Assembly (NCBI GenBank): GCA_964016885.1
Contig: OZ024744.1
Location: forward strand, 31,062,001 to 31,126,000
From: Eledone cirrhosa
Lineage: Eukaryota
Length of the DNA stretch: 64,000 nt
Direction: 5' to 3'
The notes under the pieces are model-generated. The model searched no databases and had not been told where the DNA came from. It was given only the letters and a program-made list of their open reading frames with translations. A program made the translations under genes and the position numbers. Of this stretch, positions 26,192 to 37,811 are shown in pieces (the first letter of the stretch is position 1; each line of letters starts with the position of its first letter).

Positions 26192-27170
26192 CATACATAC
26201 ATACATGCATACATACATACACATGTATATATAATTCATAGAGTAATTGGAAGACTGAGCGAAGGAAACTGTTAAAACAGCAAAATGCCGTCAGTGGTGG
26301 CGTCGGGTAAAATTTACTTCAGAGGACAGAAATCAGTGGCTAGAAGTGTGTTGACTCGTAGAAGTGATAGGAAGAAAGGAGAAAAGGATAAAATAGACAA
26401 GGTGGGATCTCACCAGCATTACATTTTCTCATCAGCTTTTATACCGCCTGTGGTTTCGACTATTTAACTAAAAGGACCACGTAAGATAGACGGCTCGTAA
26501 CAATGGAGAAATAAATACTCTCCGTTGGTATAATGTTTGTGGGAGAAACGAATAGATTGATAGGTAGGAGGACAGGTCAGAGAGAGCGAGAGAGAGAGAG
26601 AGAGAAAAGAATGAAGCGCGTCCACTCTTTGTAAGAAAGGGGAGAACAATGGCTCTCTGGCGGAAGTGACATGTATGAGTGGCGGCTAGGCGAAGAGAGA
26701 AAGAAAGAAAAATGCCGTAAGAAGAAGGGAAGAGTGAACGAGGGGGGAGAGAAAGAATAAGAGTTTCAAACTTGATATTCGAAATACATTTGTTTACATT
26801 CTCCATAGCTATCATACCCTTCTATTTCAGACTGATACCATGCCTGAGGGTTGTTGGCCTTTTTCTTCCCCTTCCTTTCATAAACTTTCTTTCATTCTTT
26901 ATCTCCCTCCCCGCTTGTTCTTTCCTTCCTCTTACTGCTTCTTTTCTTTCAATCACACTCAGAGCCGGATTAATGCAATTAGGGGTCCTCGGTTAAAGAC
27001 GAATTGGACCACTCAGCACTTGCACAGAAGAAACATTAACGGAACTAGAATACACATAAATCTAGTCCCATAAAATAGATCGATGCTGAGATTTCAATAT
27101 CGATCCATGCTGACGTTTAAAACTGATGTGTCAACGAATAACCAAAGAAAACTAAATATATTTAATAATT

Positions 27171-27355
27171 ATTTCTACTTTAGGCACAAGGCCAGCAATT
27201 ACCCAGTGCATTTCTGGTACTTTATTTTATCGACCCCGTAAGGATGAAAGGCAAAGTTAACCTTGGCGGGACTTGAACTCTAGCCGTAAAGGGCCGTAAT
27301 TCTATGCTGCAAAACATGGCGCCCGACCTTCTACCGATACTGCCAATCCTCCGCC
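27171..27355 (-). mobile_element. tRNA-derived SINE
   Basis: Minus strand GGCGG..TGGCAGTATCGG (A box)..GAGTTCAAGTC (B box), conserved core gcctttcatccttacggggtcgataaa, ATT tail. Confidence 0.85.
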
Positions 27356-27391
27356 ATATATTTAATAATGATTTAAATATATTTAATAATG

Positions 27392-27606
27392 GTTTCTCAT
27401 TTAGGTACAAGGCCAACAATTTTGGGGTGAGGGGAAAGTCGATTAAATCAACCCTAGTACGTTACTGGTACTTTATTTTGTCGATCCCTAAAGGATGAAA
27501 GGCAAAGCTAACCTCGGCGCGATTTGAACTTAGAATGTAAAGGGCCATAGCTCTATGCTGCAAAGAATGGTGTCCGATGTCTACCCATACTGCCAATCCA
27601 CCGCCT
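27392..27606 (-). mobile_element. tRNA-derived SINE, longer subfamily
   Basis: Same head and core plus a ttggggtgaggggaaagtcgattaaatc segment. Confidence 0.8.
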
Positions 27607-27784
27607 TTATAAATATATTTCATAACAATATTATTTTAAATTTTAACAAAAATGTCGTGTTTCATAGTGAGATATCAATATTTCGAAACGGGACAGAAGA
27701 AGAAGTAAAGGGATTTGGAATAATGATGTCCTGCTGCTGAAGTCCTGTTATTTTCTTGTAGTATGACATATTCCCAATAGTTAA

Positions 27785-28200
27785 AGAGAGGAAGGTTGAG
27801 ATTGGTGAGTCAGACCAAGGAGTCATTTGCAGTATTATGGTTTGCCTCCAGGCCGTCTGAGGGGACAATCTCGAACAACATTCAGTAATGTCAGGTCAGG
27901 GTGCCTACAGTCACATGCTGGGTTGTCTTTCATTTTCCATCGATGGAGATGATGGGCTGTCTTGGCATCTGTGGATCCAATTAAGTGACACCTATTGCTT
28001 TTTTGAAAGTCAACGCCGGCTGGTTTAGATGTGGGGGGTATTCGACCAGGTCTTGGTTGTCAAATTTGGACTTATTCCATGATCTTCGCCACTGTTCCTT
28101 CAGATGAAAGTAAAGGGTCTTCATGTAAATAAGATAATGGTCAAGTCAGTTGATTGAATAACAGAGATACTCACTACCGGAATCGACGGAGGACCCAGTA
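27785..28200 (-). mobile_element. Old Ingi/Vingi-like LINE 3' remnant
   Basis: Minus-strand fragments LKEQWRRSW, HLHRWKMK, NPACDC, VVRDCPLR, WLTNLNL (W mutated to stop) across frames. Confidence 0.55.
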
Positions 28201-28252
28201 ATGTGTAGCAAGCACAAGTACAGGCTATTCTGAAGTAAAAACAAAATATTAA

Positions 28253-28792
28253 ACACACACAACACACACACACACAATATATGCAGACACACAAACACAC
28301 ACACACCACACACATCACACACACACCACACACATACACACAAACACCACACATCACACACACACATACACAAACACACCATACCCACACACACACAAAC
28401 GCACACACACACACACACATACAAAACAACAACATAAGAAGACAAACATAAAGAGAGAAATAAAGAAGGAATTGTTCTGTACCATATGCTGTGCTATTTT
28501 TCTAATCTCTCCAAGAACAAAATTATATTTGGAATGTCTGATTGTAATCAACGGCCTAAAGCAGGAATTCTCTCAGATATATACATCTCCCTTACCACAC
28601 CCTTACCATCTCCCTTACCATCTCCCTTACCACACCCTTCCCTAGCAAAATATTCTTGTGAAAAGAACAAAAAATAGGTAAAGAAATGAAATAAATTAAT
28701 AGATATTTAAATGCACACGCGAGCGTAGACATATATACATGTACACACACGTGTGTGTGTGTGTGTATGTGAGTGAGAGTGCGTGTAACCAT

Positions 28793-28847
<55 letters not shown>

Positions 28848-28946
28848 CATATATATATATGCAATGATATATGTATATAGATATATAGAATACTATATAC
28901 ACACACATGAATACAACTATCTATATACCTGTGTACACTTGTAGAT

Positions 28947-29030
<84 letters not shown>

Positions 29031-29152
29031 TGTATGTGTGTATATATATATATATGTATGTGTGTAAGAATGTATATATACAAATATATATATATATATA
29101 TTTGTATATATACATTCTTACACACGCACACACATGTATATATATATCACAC
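28253..29152. repeat. Degenerate (CA)n/(TA)n microsatellite field
   Basis: Direct reading. Confidence 0.85.
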
Positions 29153-29356
29153 ATTTTTAATCATACATAAGAATAGAGTTTCGCATTTCTATTGAAGATT
29201 TAGAAGGGAATGCAGAAAGTATTAAATAAATTAAATTAATGTATATTCAAACATGCCGTGAGCCGTTGCATAAACGTGTATAACGTTTACTTCCCAATAT
29301 ATACATTATGTTTGTCTGTATGTCTGTCTGTCTGTCTATCTATCTGTCTATCTATC

Positions 29357-30550
29357 CTTTGGAAGAGGCGGGCTCCTTTGGTGAGAAGATCCATCTGCTG
29401 CCAACACCCTTCTAACGGAGGGCTGGGGATGCCGTGGTTGACGATGCGCAAACACGCGCTCAGGCTGCGGCATCTCTACGTATTCCTCACCGGACAACCG
29501 GTGTGGGTCCCGTTCGTGAGGCGAGCCTTCCCACGACTCGTCTCGCTGACCGAGCTGCAGTCCTGGGTCAAGCAAAAACCGAGGAAAATGGGCGACTGGC
29601 ACATCGAATGTGCTCAGGCGCTCACAGACTTCTGGCAGGCGGACCCGGCGATCAGTGGAAACTCCACTTCGTCATTCTATAGAGGGTTGATCCGGAGCAA
29701 GTGCGATGACGAGCTCGGTGAAACTCTAGGCGTAGAGGAAGACGAACTGGACAGTCTGTTCGGTAGGACCTTACGCCCGGCACCGATGGACAACTTCCAA
29801 AAGTCCCTGGCCTAGCAGTGCTACCGAGGAGCTCTACCAGTTCGAGACAAGCTCTACAGACATGGGCGCCCGGGCAGGGACCCTGCAAAATAGATCTGTC
29901 CGAGTTGCGTGCGTAACGAAGAAACCGTCGCGCACGCATTCATACACTGCCCGGGCGTCACTGACCTGTGGGGCTATGTAGAACGACTATTGTTGCGGGT
30001 GGGATCAATCCGGTTGACCACCGAGTCCATTGTCATGATCAAACCGCCACCCTCCTTCAAAAACGAAGGAGAAGCGGTTTTCCTTTGTGTGATAGCTATG
30101 GCGAAAGAGGTTGGACAAGGTTGAAAGGGCTGAGGTCAGACACCTTTCTCTCCGGCCAACAACTGATTCTTTTTTTTCAAATACCACTTTGGAAGAAGAA
30201 TCAGGATGGAGAGAGAGGTGCTGTACCCCAGCAAGTTTTATGAAAGGTGGGTGAAAGTGGCGAGAATGGCCCGAGTGAATGGGCCTTCTCTCTATATCAG
30301 CTTGTAGGTTGAGGAAAAGGAGGAGGAGAGGAAAGGAGTACAAACTCTTCGTACTCCTGGAGATGAGGGTTGCACATTTTTTCGGGGGAATGTGTTACCC
30401 ATATAAACTGACTCCCCCTATTGGGGAAAATCGACTAACTTTTTTAATTGCATTTGTGATAACATTTTACACGTTTTTATTGTATGTAAACTTCCCCCTT
30501 TGTATTTGTCCCCTTCTTTTGTGCCCCTGTGGCTAATAAAGAAACATATA
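29357..30550 (+). mobile_element. Tx1 copy C, 3' fragment (same subfamily as A)
   Basis: LWKRRAPLVRRSICCQHP... to TAG 30307 and 3' UTR; (TGTC/TATC)n upstream, (TATC)n at 30555-30655 downstream. Confidence 0.92.
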
Positions 30551-30552
30551 TG

Positions 30553-30620
<68 letters not shown>

Positions 30621-30621
30621 G

Positions 30622-30655
<34 letters not shown>

Positions 30656-30656
<1 letters not shown>

Positions 30657-33600
30657 AACAAAAGCAAAACACCAGCTCAACCATCACAGAGTGAGATAGA
30701 GCTGGTTTTAAAAGACGTCATGAAAGACATCACCTTCATTCAGAAGGATAGACTCTACGGGAGTCTATCCATTCTCATGAAGGACAGGGACACAGCAGTG
30801 AAACTGTCCATCAAACCAATCACATCCAGCGCATACACCTTCTACCCTACGTACATGGGTAGAAGGACACAAAAAATAAAAATCCACACCATCCTGCCGA
30901 TTATGGACATATGGTGGGTTTTGACAGGTTTCCTGAACCTGGATGATGACACACTAATATCCATGGGAAAGGCATCGGGAGACGCGTTCAGTGGAACGAG
31001 CCTCGAACTTGTAGTTCAAATGAGGCCCGAAAGGATCGCCCAGATCCCTGAACGCGTCATACTGGATGATCAAACTTTTATCAACATTACCGTTGAGGGT
31101 AGGCGGCCCTCATGTTACCTCTGTGGAACCAGAGGTCACCTGAGGGCTGTCTGTCCTCAACTTAATAAGAAAACCCCAATCCTGCCTACACCACCAACAA
31201 CTGCACAACCAACACAACCACCACAACCACCACTACAAAAACAACAACCACAGCTCAAACCAAAACAAAATAACGTCCAACCCATCCACCCACTCAAAAA
31301 AAAAAACAATTTCCAAAACACCCGCATCGCAAACACCACCCGAAAATCTACCCCTCCCCTCCAACGCGGAAGATGACCCTCGTTCGTCGTCAGACGAGGA
31401 GGAGCACTTCCACACAATCAAAAGAAACAAAAGAAAACACACCTCAGACACACAAATGAAAACAACCCCTCCCCAAAACATAACACTGACACCAACACAA
31501 AAGAGCTCACAACAACAGCAAACAAAAAACACCACACAAAAACAAAAACATACATACACATACATAAACACAAGAAATGAAAAACTGTTAAACATTGTGT
31601 ACAACAACAATTTGATAAAAACACCAAGGGCCTAACTTCACCTAGGCAGTGCATTTCCCCCACCTCAAAAGGATTAAGGCCCCAGAGGACACATATAAAA
31701 CACTAAAAAAACAACTTTAAAGAGGACGTGCCCCCCCCCCCCCTGCGCCGGGCCCATTAACCGCGTCCTCCTAAAAAAACTACCCCACCCCCACCCCCTC
31801 CCCAAACACCCACACGACTCCAAACTCCCCAACCACACAACACACTGATGCCCCTACACTTCCACAAACCACCACCCCACCCAACAAACCATCCCCACTC
31901 TCATGGAAATTGTGCAGCCCGATACCCGGGACGCAGAGAGGTAAGTGCCTTTTCTCTTCACCACCAACATGGCTATGCTAAGAGTAGGCTGTTTAAATGC
32001 GCGTGGCTTGGGCTCAACTTGGAAGCAAGCAATGCTTCTAAATGACCTCAGGTCATAACGTATAGATGTGATGGTTATTTGCGAGGCCCGGATCAGCAAC
32101 GTGCGACAGCTGGCCCCCACCTTTGATGACTTTGAGATGCCCGCATCTCTCTATCAGCCCGGAGGTGGGGGTGGGGTTGTCGTTCTGCTGCAAAAACATC
32201 TGGGTCTCGCAACACAGACGGTACATTTGGACCCGGAGGGTCGACTAGTGGTTCTGGAACTTGGCAGTGGTGAAGGCGGAGCGTTTAGGTTGGTAGCCGT
32301 CTACGGCTCTTTCGGGTCAATGCAGCCGGACTTCTTCCATCGTCTGGAGACTTTTCTAGGGACGTCCCGCTCCTTGCTATTAGTGGGGGACTGGAATGGT
32401 ATCCTAGATGCACGCTGGGACTACGTAGGAGCCTGTCCCGATAGAGAGGGGTGTAATAGCCTCAGAGGGTTAATCGGTCGATTTGACCTGGCTGATATAT
32501 ATCGACTAGATTTTACGACTGCGCCAACCTGGACTTGGGCAAACCACAGCGGATCATCTAGGTCGTACCTAGATAGGTTCTTAGTTAGAAATAAGGATAA
32601 GGACTCTATAAGTTGTCCAAAAATGCGCATGGTTGGCTATTCAGACCACAAGTTAGTGACCTGCATGGTCAACCTTGACAGAACGCATAGACAGGGACCC
32701 GGTTACTGGAAGCTCAACTTGTCCTTACCGGCAAGTAAGGCTTACAGGGACCGGATTAGCACTTTAGTTAAGGAGCGGTTGACGGGCGCCATCGTCAACA
32801 GCAGGTGGTGGGGATCTCTCAAAAGAGAGATTAGAGTAGTCTCTATAGAATTTAGTAAGGAGTTAGCCTCAAATAGAAATAGGAAGGAAAGGGAGTTGGT
32901 AGATAGTGTAGAAGAGACAATTAGAAGCGGCGACATGGCCAGGGTGCTAGCGTCGAGAACGGCCCTGGGCCAGTTCTTCGACCCAGAGCACGTATTTTGC
33001 TTCGGACGATTTAGCCTTCGTGTTTCGCGTCGAAGAACTGGCCTAGGGCCGTTCTTCGACGCGAAACACGAAGGCTAAATCGTCCGAAGCAAAATATGTG
33101 CTATGGGTAACGAGGGGACCAAAGCTGTTAGCTGGGCCCGCGTGACAGAAGCCAAAAGAGGGAGTAGATCCACTATCCGGTCTTTGCGAGACCAGGATGG
33201 ACGGGTGATCCTTGAACCTAAGCAGATGTGCGAGGCTTTTCAAAAGCACTTTGCCAGATTGTTCAGAAGGGGCGGGGAGCCGGTTGGGGAAGTGGACTTC
33301 GGTCCATACCTCGACGGCCTGCCGCGTCCCTCGGACAGGGAGGCGAAGTCCTGCGAGGAGCCGATTTCAGCCGCTGAGATAGAGGAAGTGCTGAGCCAAT
33401 GCGGCAAACGCAAATCCCCGGGTCTCGATGGTCTTCCATACGAACTGTATCTAGCTATGCCGGACTTGTTCCCTGATCTCCTCGAGGCGGTCTACTGCAA
33501 CTGGCAACAGAACGGGAGAATTCCCTGTGGTGTGACCAAAGGCGTAGTCACGCTAGTGAGGAAGGACGAGAACAAGGGGGACGATATAAATAATTTCAGG

Positions 33601-35746
33601 CCCATAACTCTGCTAAATACAGAGTTACAGATTTTGGCCAAGGTGCTAGCAAAGAGGTTGGTACTTGTCGTGGGAAACCTGGTGGAAGATGCGCAGACAT
33701 GTGCTATCCAGTCCAGGTCCATCCACGACAACCTCCACCTCATGCGATACATCATAGAGAGGGTTGGGAACGAACCCGGCTTTGGTGGGGCCATGATCAA
33801 CTTGGATCAATCTAAGGCGTTCGATAGGGTCGACCATGGTTACCTGGGTGCGGTGCTAGCGGCGGCAGGCTTCGGACCCGTTTTCAGGGGCTGGATCAAT
33901 GCCATGCACAGCAGCCGAATCTGCTCTAAGGTCAAGGTGAACGGCTACCTCTCGGAGCCGTTCGAAATAGCGCGGTCCATCCAACAAGGGTGCCCTCTCT
34001 CCTCCCTTCTGTATGTAATGACTCTAGAGCCACTGCTGCGGAAGTTGGAGTTGTTGCAAGGCATCCCGTTGGAACCGGGATTGCGGAAAGCGGTGTCGGA
34101 CTACGCCTATGACGTAACAGTAATAGTGTCGACGGCATCGGAAATCGGGGCGATTGGCAACTTACTGGAGGAGTAAGAAAGGTTTACAGGTGCTAAGCTG
34201 AACCGGGACAAGTCGATCGGGCTGCAACTCGGCACGTGGAGGGGCAGATCGATGCCCTCCATTGGCGTCGTCGGGCGCTGGACGGAGGGCCCGGTGAAGT
34301 TGCTCGGGGTCTGGTTCGGACCAGACCTCCAGGTGGAGAAGAACTGGGGTGACGTAACGAACAGGGTGTTTGCACTGACCCAGCAGTGGGCCGAGTGCAA
34401 ACTGTCCCTGAAAAGTCGGGCGGAGGTGGCGAACACTTATATCGCATCCGTCATCTATTACCGCCTGACCGTTGTGCCTTGCCCAAGGGAAACGCTCGCC
34501 AAAATGGAGCGCGCACTCTTCCAATTCCTTTGGAAGAAGCGGGCTCCTATGGTGAGGAGATCCATCTGCTGTCAACACCCTTCGAAAGAAGGGCTGTGGA
34601 TGCCGTGGCTAATGATACGTAGACACGCATTATGGCTACGGCACCTCCAGGTATTCCGCACCGGTCAACCGGTGTGAGCCCCGTTTGTGAGGCGAGCCTT
34701 TCCCAGACTCGTCTCACTCATCGAGCTGCAATCCTGGGTCAAGCAAAGACCGAGAAAATTGGGCGCCTGGCACACCGAGTGTGCCCAGGCGCTCACGGCT
34801 CTTTGGCAGGCGGACCCGGCAGTCAGTGGAGAACCCACCTCGTCATTCTATAGAGGGCTGGTGGTTAGCAGGTGCAACGACGCCCTCGGAGAAGCCCTAG
34901 GCATGGAGGAAGACGAACTGGCCAACCTGTTCGGTAGGACATTCAGCCCGGGACCCATGGATAATTTTCAGAGGTCCCTGGCCTGGCAGTGCTACCGAGG
35001 GGCTCTGCCCGTTCGAGAAAGGCTCTACAGACACGGGCGCCCGGGTAGGGACCCCTTGAAAAAGATCTGTCCCAGATGCGTGTGCGACGAAGAAACCGTT
35101 GCACACGCATTGGTACACAGCTCGGGCATTGCCGATCTCTGGGGCTGTATCGAACAACTGCTGTCAAGGGTGGGACCGATCCGGTTGACCACCGAGTCTA
35201 TTGTAACGATTAACCGCCTCCCCTCTTCAAAAAGGAAGGAGAGGCGGTGTTTCTGTTCGTAATAGCCATGGCGAAAGATGTCGTATGGTGGACGCGTCTG
35301 AAAGGACTGAGGTCAGACACCTTTCTCTCTGGCAAACAAGTGGTTCGTTTCTTCCGATATCATTTCGGAAGAAGGATCAGGATGGAGAGAGAGGTGCTGC
35401 ACCCCAGCCGTTTTTATGAAAGATGGGTGAAAGTGGCGAGAATGGCCCGTGTGAATGGGCCTTCACTCTACATCAGACTATAGGTGAGGAAGATGAAAGA
35501 TCAAGGGAGCACCCCTTCTCTGTCCTCCTGGGGAGAAGGGTTACACACTTTTTTCGGGGGTGTGTGCGACCCCCTAAGGCGCCTCCTCCCTATTGACGAT
35601 TTTGTTATAAAATTTATTTTGTTATATTTTATTTTATTTTTATACTTTGTTATTGCCTCCTCCTTATTGAGGACGCCTTTTCATGTAAACTCCCCCATTG
35701 TACTTGTTCCACTTTTTGATGCACTGGTGGCAAATAAAAAAAAAAA
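30656..35746 (+). mobile_element. Tx1 copy D, truncated within ORF1, ORF2 (ATG 31969 to TAG 35483) pseudogenised
   Basis: ORF1 knuckle CYLCGTRGHLRAVC; APE/RT motifs; poly-A then (TATC)n. Confidence 0.93.
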
Positions 35747-35975
35747 TCTATCTATCTATCTATCTATCTATCTTGATAGAGTAAGACACGCTTCGCATCG
35801 GCTCCGCTATTCCATCGGGATTTACCCTTACTATTGTAAGTACCGGATAAATTTTTTAGTGCAACACATTTGGAACACTAACCCCTGTTATTTAGGGAAA
35901 CATTTTTGCATTTACCCCCTTTTTAGGGGGTAAAATAAATATCTATTTTTGCCGAAAAATTTCTTTCTTGGCAGC

Positions 35976-37811
35976 ATGGCGGAAAAGATGGCAAACATGT
36001 CTGCCATTAGCTCTGCCACGCCCCCCAAGTCTGAAGAACAAAAAATAATTACAACAAAATTAGACATTGAAACAAACAAACAAAATGAAAAAACAAATGT
36101 TAAGGAAAATGAGCAAACAGAAAACAAACAAACAGAAAATAATACAAATAACGACAGGGCAACTTTCGCCCAGAAAACAAAGCAATCCATTACATACACA
36201 CCAATTGACCTAACTGCCGCCAGAGAAAAACTGGCCGAAGCAAAGAAACATATTGTTTTGGGGGAGAACGGAATGTTTTCCATTAACTCCCCCCCAGAAT
36301 TCAAGAAAGCCAGAGCAGAAAACACAGTTATATACAGAACTATACTAAACCAGTCAAGAAAGCCAGCACAGCCCAGCCAAATGGAAATAGAGTTAGTCCT
36401 AAAAGACTATATGAAGAATATTCTCTTCATACGAAAGGACCGACTCTATGGCAGCATTTCGGTCCTAACAAGAGACAAAGAAACGGCGGTTCAGCTTTCC
36501 CTAAGCCCACTCTCGTCGACAACATATAGCTTCTATCCCTCCTACATGGGTAGAAGAACACAGAGAGTAAAAGTAAAAACAATGCTGCCCACAATGGACT
36601 TCTGGTGGGCTATTGCTGGCTTCATTGATATGGGCGAAGACACTATGCTGTCAATGGGGAAGGCAACTGGAGATGCGTTCCTGGGAATGGGCCTCGACAT
36701 ACTAGTCCAAATGAGGCCCGAAAGAATAGCACAAATCCCGGATCGCATCTGGCTGGATGACCTTACCCCAATAGACATAATTGTAGAGGGGAGAAGACCA
36801 GCATGCTATTTATGCATGGAAAGGGGACACGTTAAGGCTAACTGCCCGAAACGTATCCCCCAAAAAGGACTATTGCCCACACCCACCACAAACAGTACAC
36901 CAGCACCACCCACCTCCAAAAATACACTAATACCACACACAGCAAACAAAATACAGACACTACCAACCACAAACACAACACAAACATCACCACCACCAGC
37001 ACCAAACACAAGCACGACACAAAAATCACCACCACCAACCACAACACAAACATCACCACCACCATTACCAACCACAAGCACGACACAAACATTACCACCA
37101 CCACCACCACAAAACCCATTCCAAACAAATAATAAAAAAAACAGTAACAAATCTACCCCTCCCGCAAAAAAAAAACAACCACACAACACGTCCCTCCCAC
37201 CTAGCGCTGAAGAGTTTCCCCCAACTTCTGAAGAAGAAGGAGGAGAAGCCTTCAGACAAGTTAAAAGAAAAAAAAGAAAACACACACCCAGCACACCACA
37301 AATAACCCACACACAAACACCAACTCCAATCAAAAACACCCCACCCTCAACAAACAAAAATAAATCTGCGCCTCCCCTCTCCGAAACATTGACAGCATCA
37401 CAAAAAGAGACGTTGCAATACACATATATAAATAAAGAAAACAAAAAACTGGTTAAATTAATAAACAATAACCCTATGGTGCAGACCGAAGGGCCAAACT
37501 TTATCTCAACAGAGAACTTCACCCATTTAAAAATGATAAAGGTCCCTCTGGACCTTTATCGTTCCTTAAAAGAACAATTTAGACGGGACGTGAGCCCCCC
37601 CTGTTTAAAACCGTTGAATCGCGTCCTCTTGAAAGATTTCCCCATAACCGCCCCTCTCCCTGACACAACTCCAAATACCCCAACCCCACCACACACGTGT
37701 ACCCCCACACCACCACAAAACATCCCTCCACCCAACACACCTGATGCCATGGAAATTACGCAACCCGGAGAGGTAAGTGCTTTTCTTTCTTCACTTTCAA
37801 CACCAAAATAG
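35976..37811 (+). CDS. Tx1 ORF1 nucleic-acid-binding protein (611 aa, CCHC zinc knuckle, Pro/Thr-rich linker)
   Basis: Open frame from gcagcATGg; CYLCMERGHVKANC. Confidence 0.9.
   Translation: MAEKMANMSAISSATPPKSEEQKIITTKLDIETNKQNEKTNVKENEQTENKQTENNTNNDRATFAQKTKQSITYTPIDLTAAREKLAEAKKHIVLGENGMFSINSPPEFKKARAENTVIYRTILNQSRKPAQPSQMEIELVLKDYMKNILFIRKDRLYGSISVLTRDKETAVQLSLSPLSSTTYSFYPSYMGRRTQRVKVKTMLPTMDFWWAIAGFIDMGEDTMLSMGKATGDAFLGMGLDILVQMRPERIAQIPDRIWLDDLTPIDIIVEGRRPACYLCMERGHVKANCPKRIPQKGLLPTPTTNSTPAPPTSKNTLIPHTANKIQTLPTTNTTQTSPPPAPNTSTTQKSPPPTTTQTSPPPLPTTSTTQTLPPPPPQNPFQTNNKKNSNKSTPPAKKKQPHNTSLPPSAEEFPPTSEEEGGEAFRQVKRKKRKHTPSTPQITHTQTPTPIKNTPPSTNKNKSAPPLSETLTASQKETLQYTYINKENKKLVKLINNNPMVQTEGPNFISTENFTHLKMIKVPLDLYRSLKEQFRRDVSPPCLKPLNRVLLKDFPITAPLPDTTPNTPTPPHTCTPTPPQNIPPPNTPDAMEITQPGEVSAFLSSLSTPK
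37770..37778 (+). promoter_or_regulatory. Putative 5' splice donor GAG|GTAAGT at the end of ORF1
   Basis: Consensus donor, conserved at the equivalent position in copies B (7887, GTAGGT), D (31941), H (55334 minus) and I (63091 minus). Confidence 0.7.

Noticed and set aside
26420-26462. Minus-strand GAAA...GTA...CTGATGA hammerhead permutation
   Set aside because: Stem I cannot form and stem II is only 2 bp.
36806-37522. Long antisense Val/Gly-rich ORFs opposite ORF1 (also 56442-57212 and 63316-63990)
   Set aside because: Shadow ORFs of A/C-rich low-complexity coding sequence, with no domain features.
37773-37811. 39-nt mini-intron GTAAGT...AATAG fusing ORF1 to ORF2
   Set aside because: Splicing gives GAG ATC AAT TGA (stop), not a fusion. 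The equivalent proximal AG in copy I is also out of frame, and D and H have none before the ATG.
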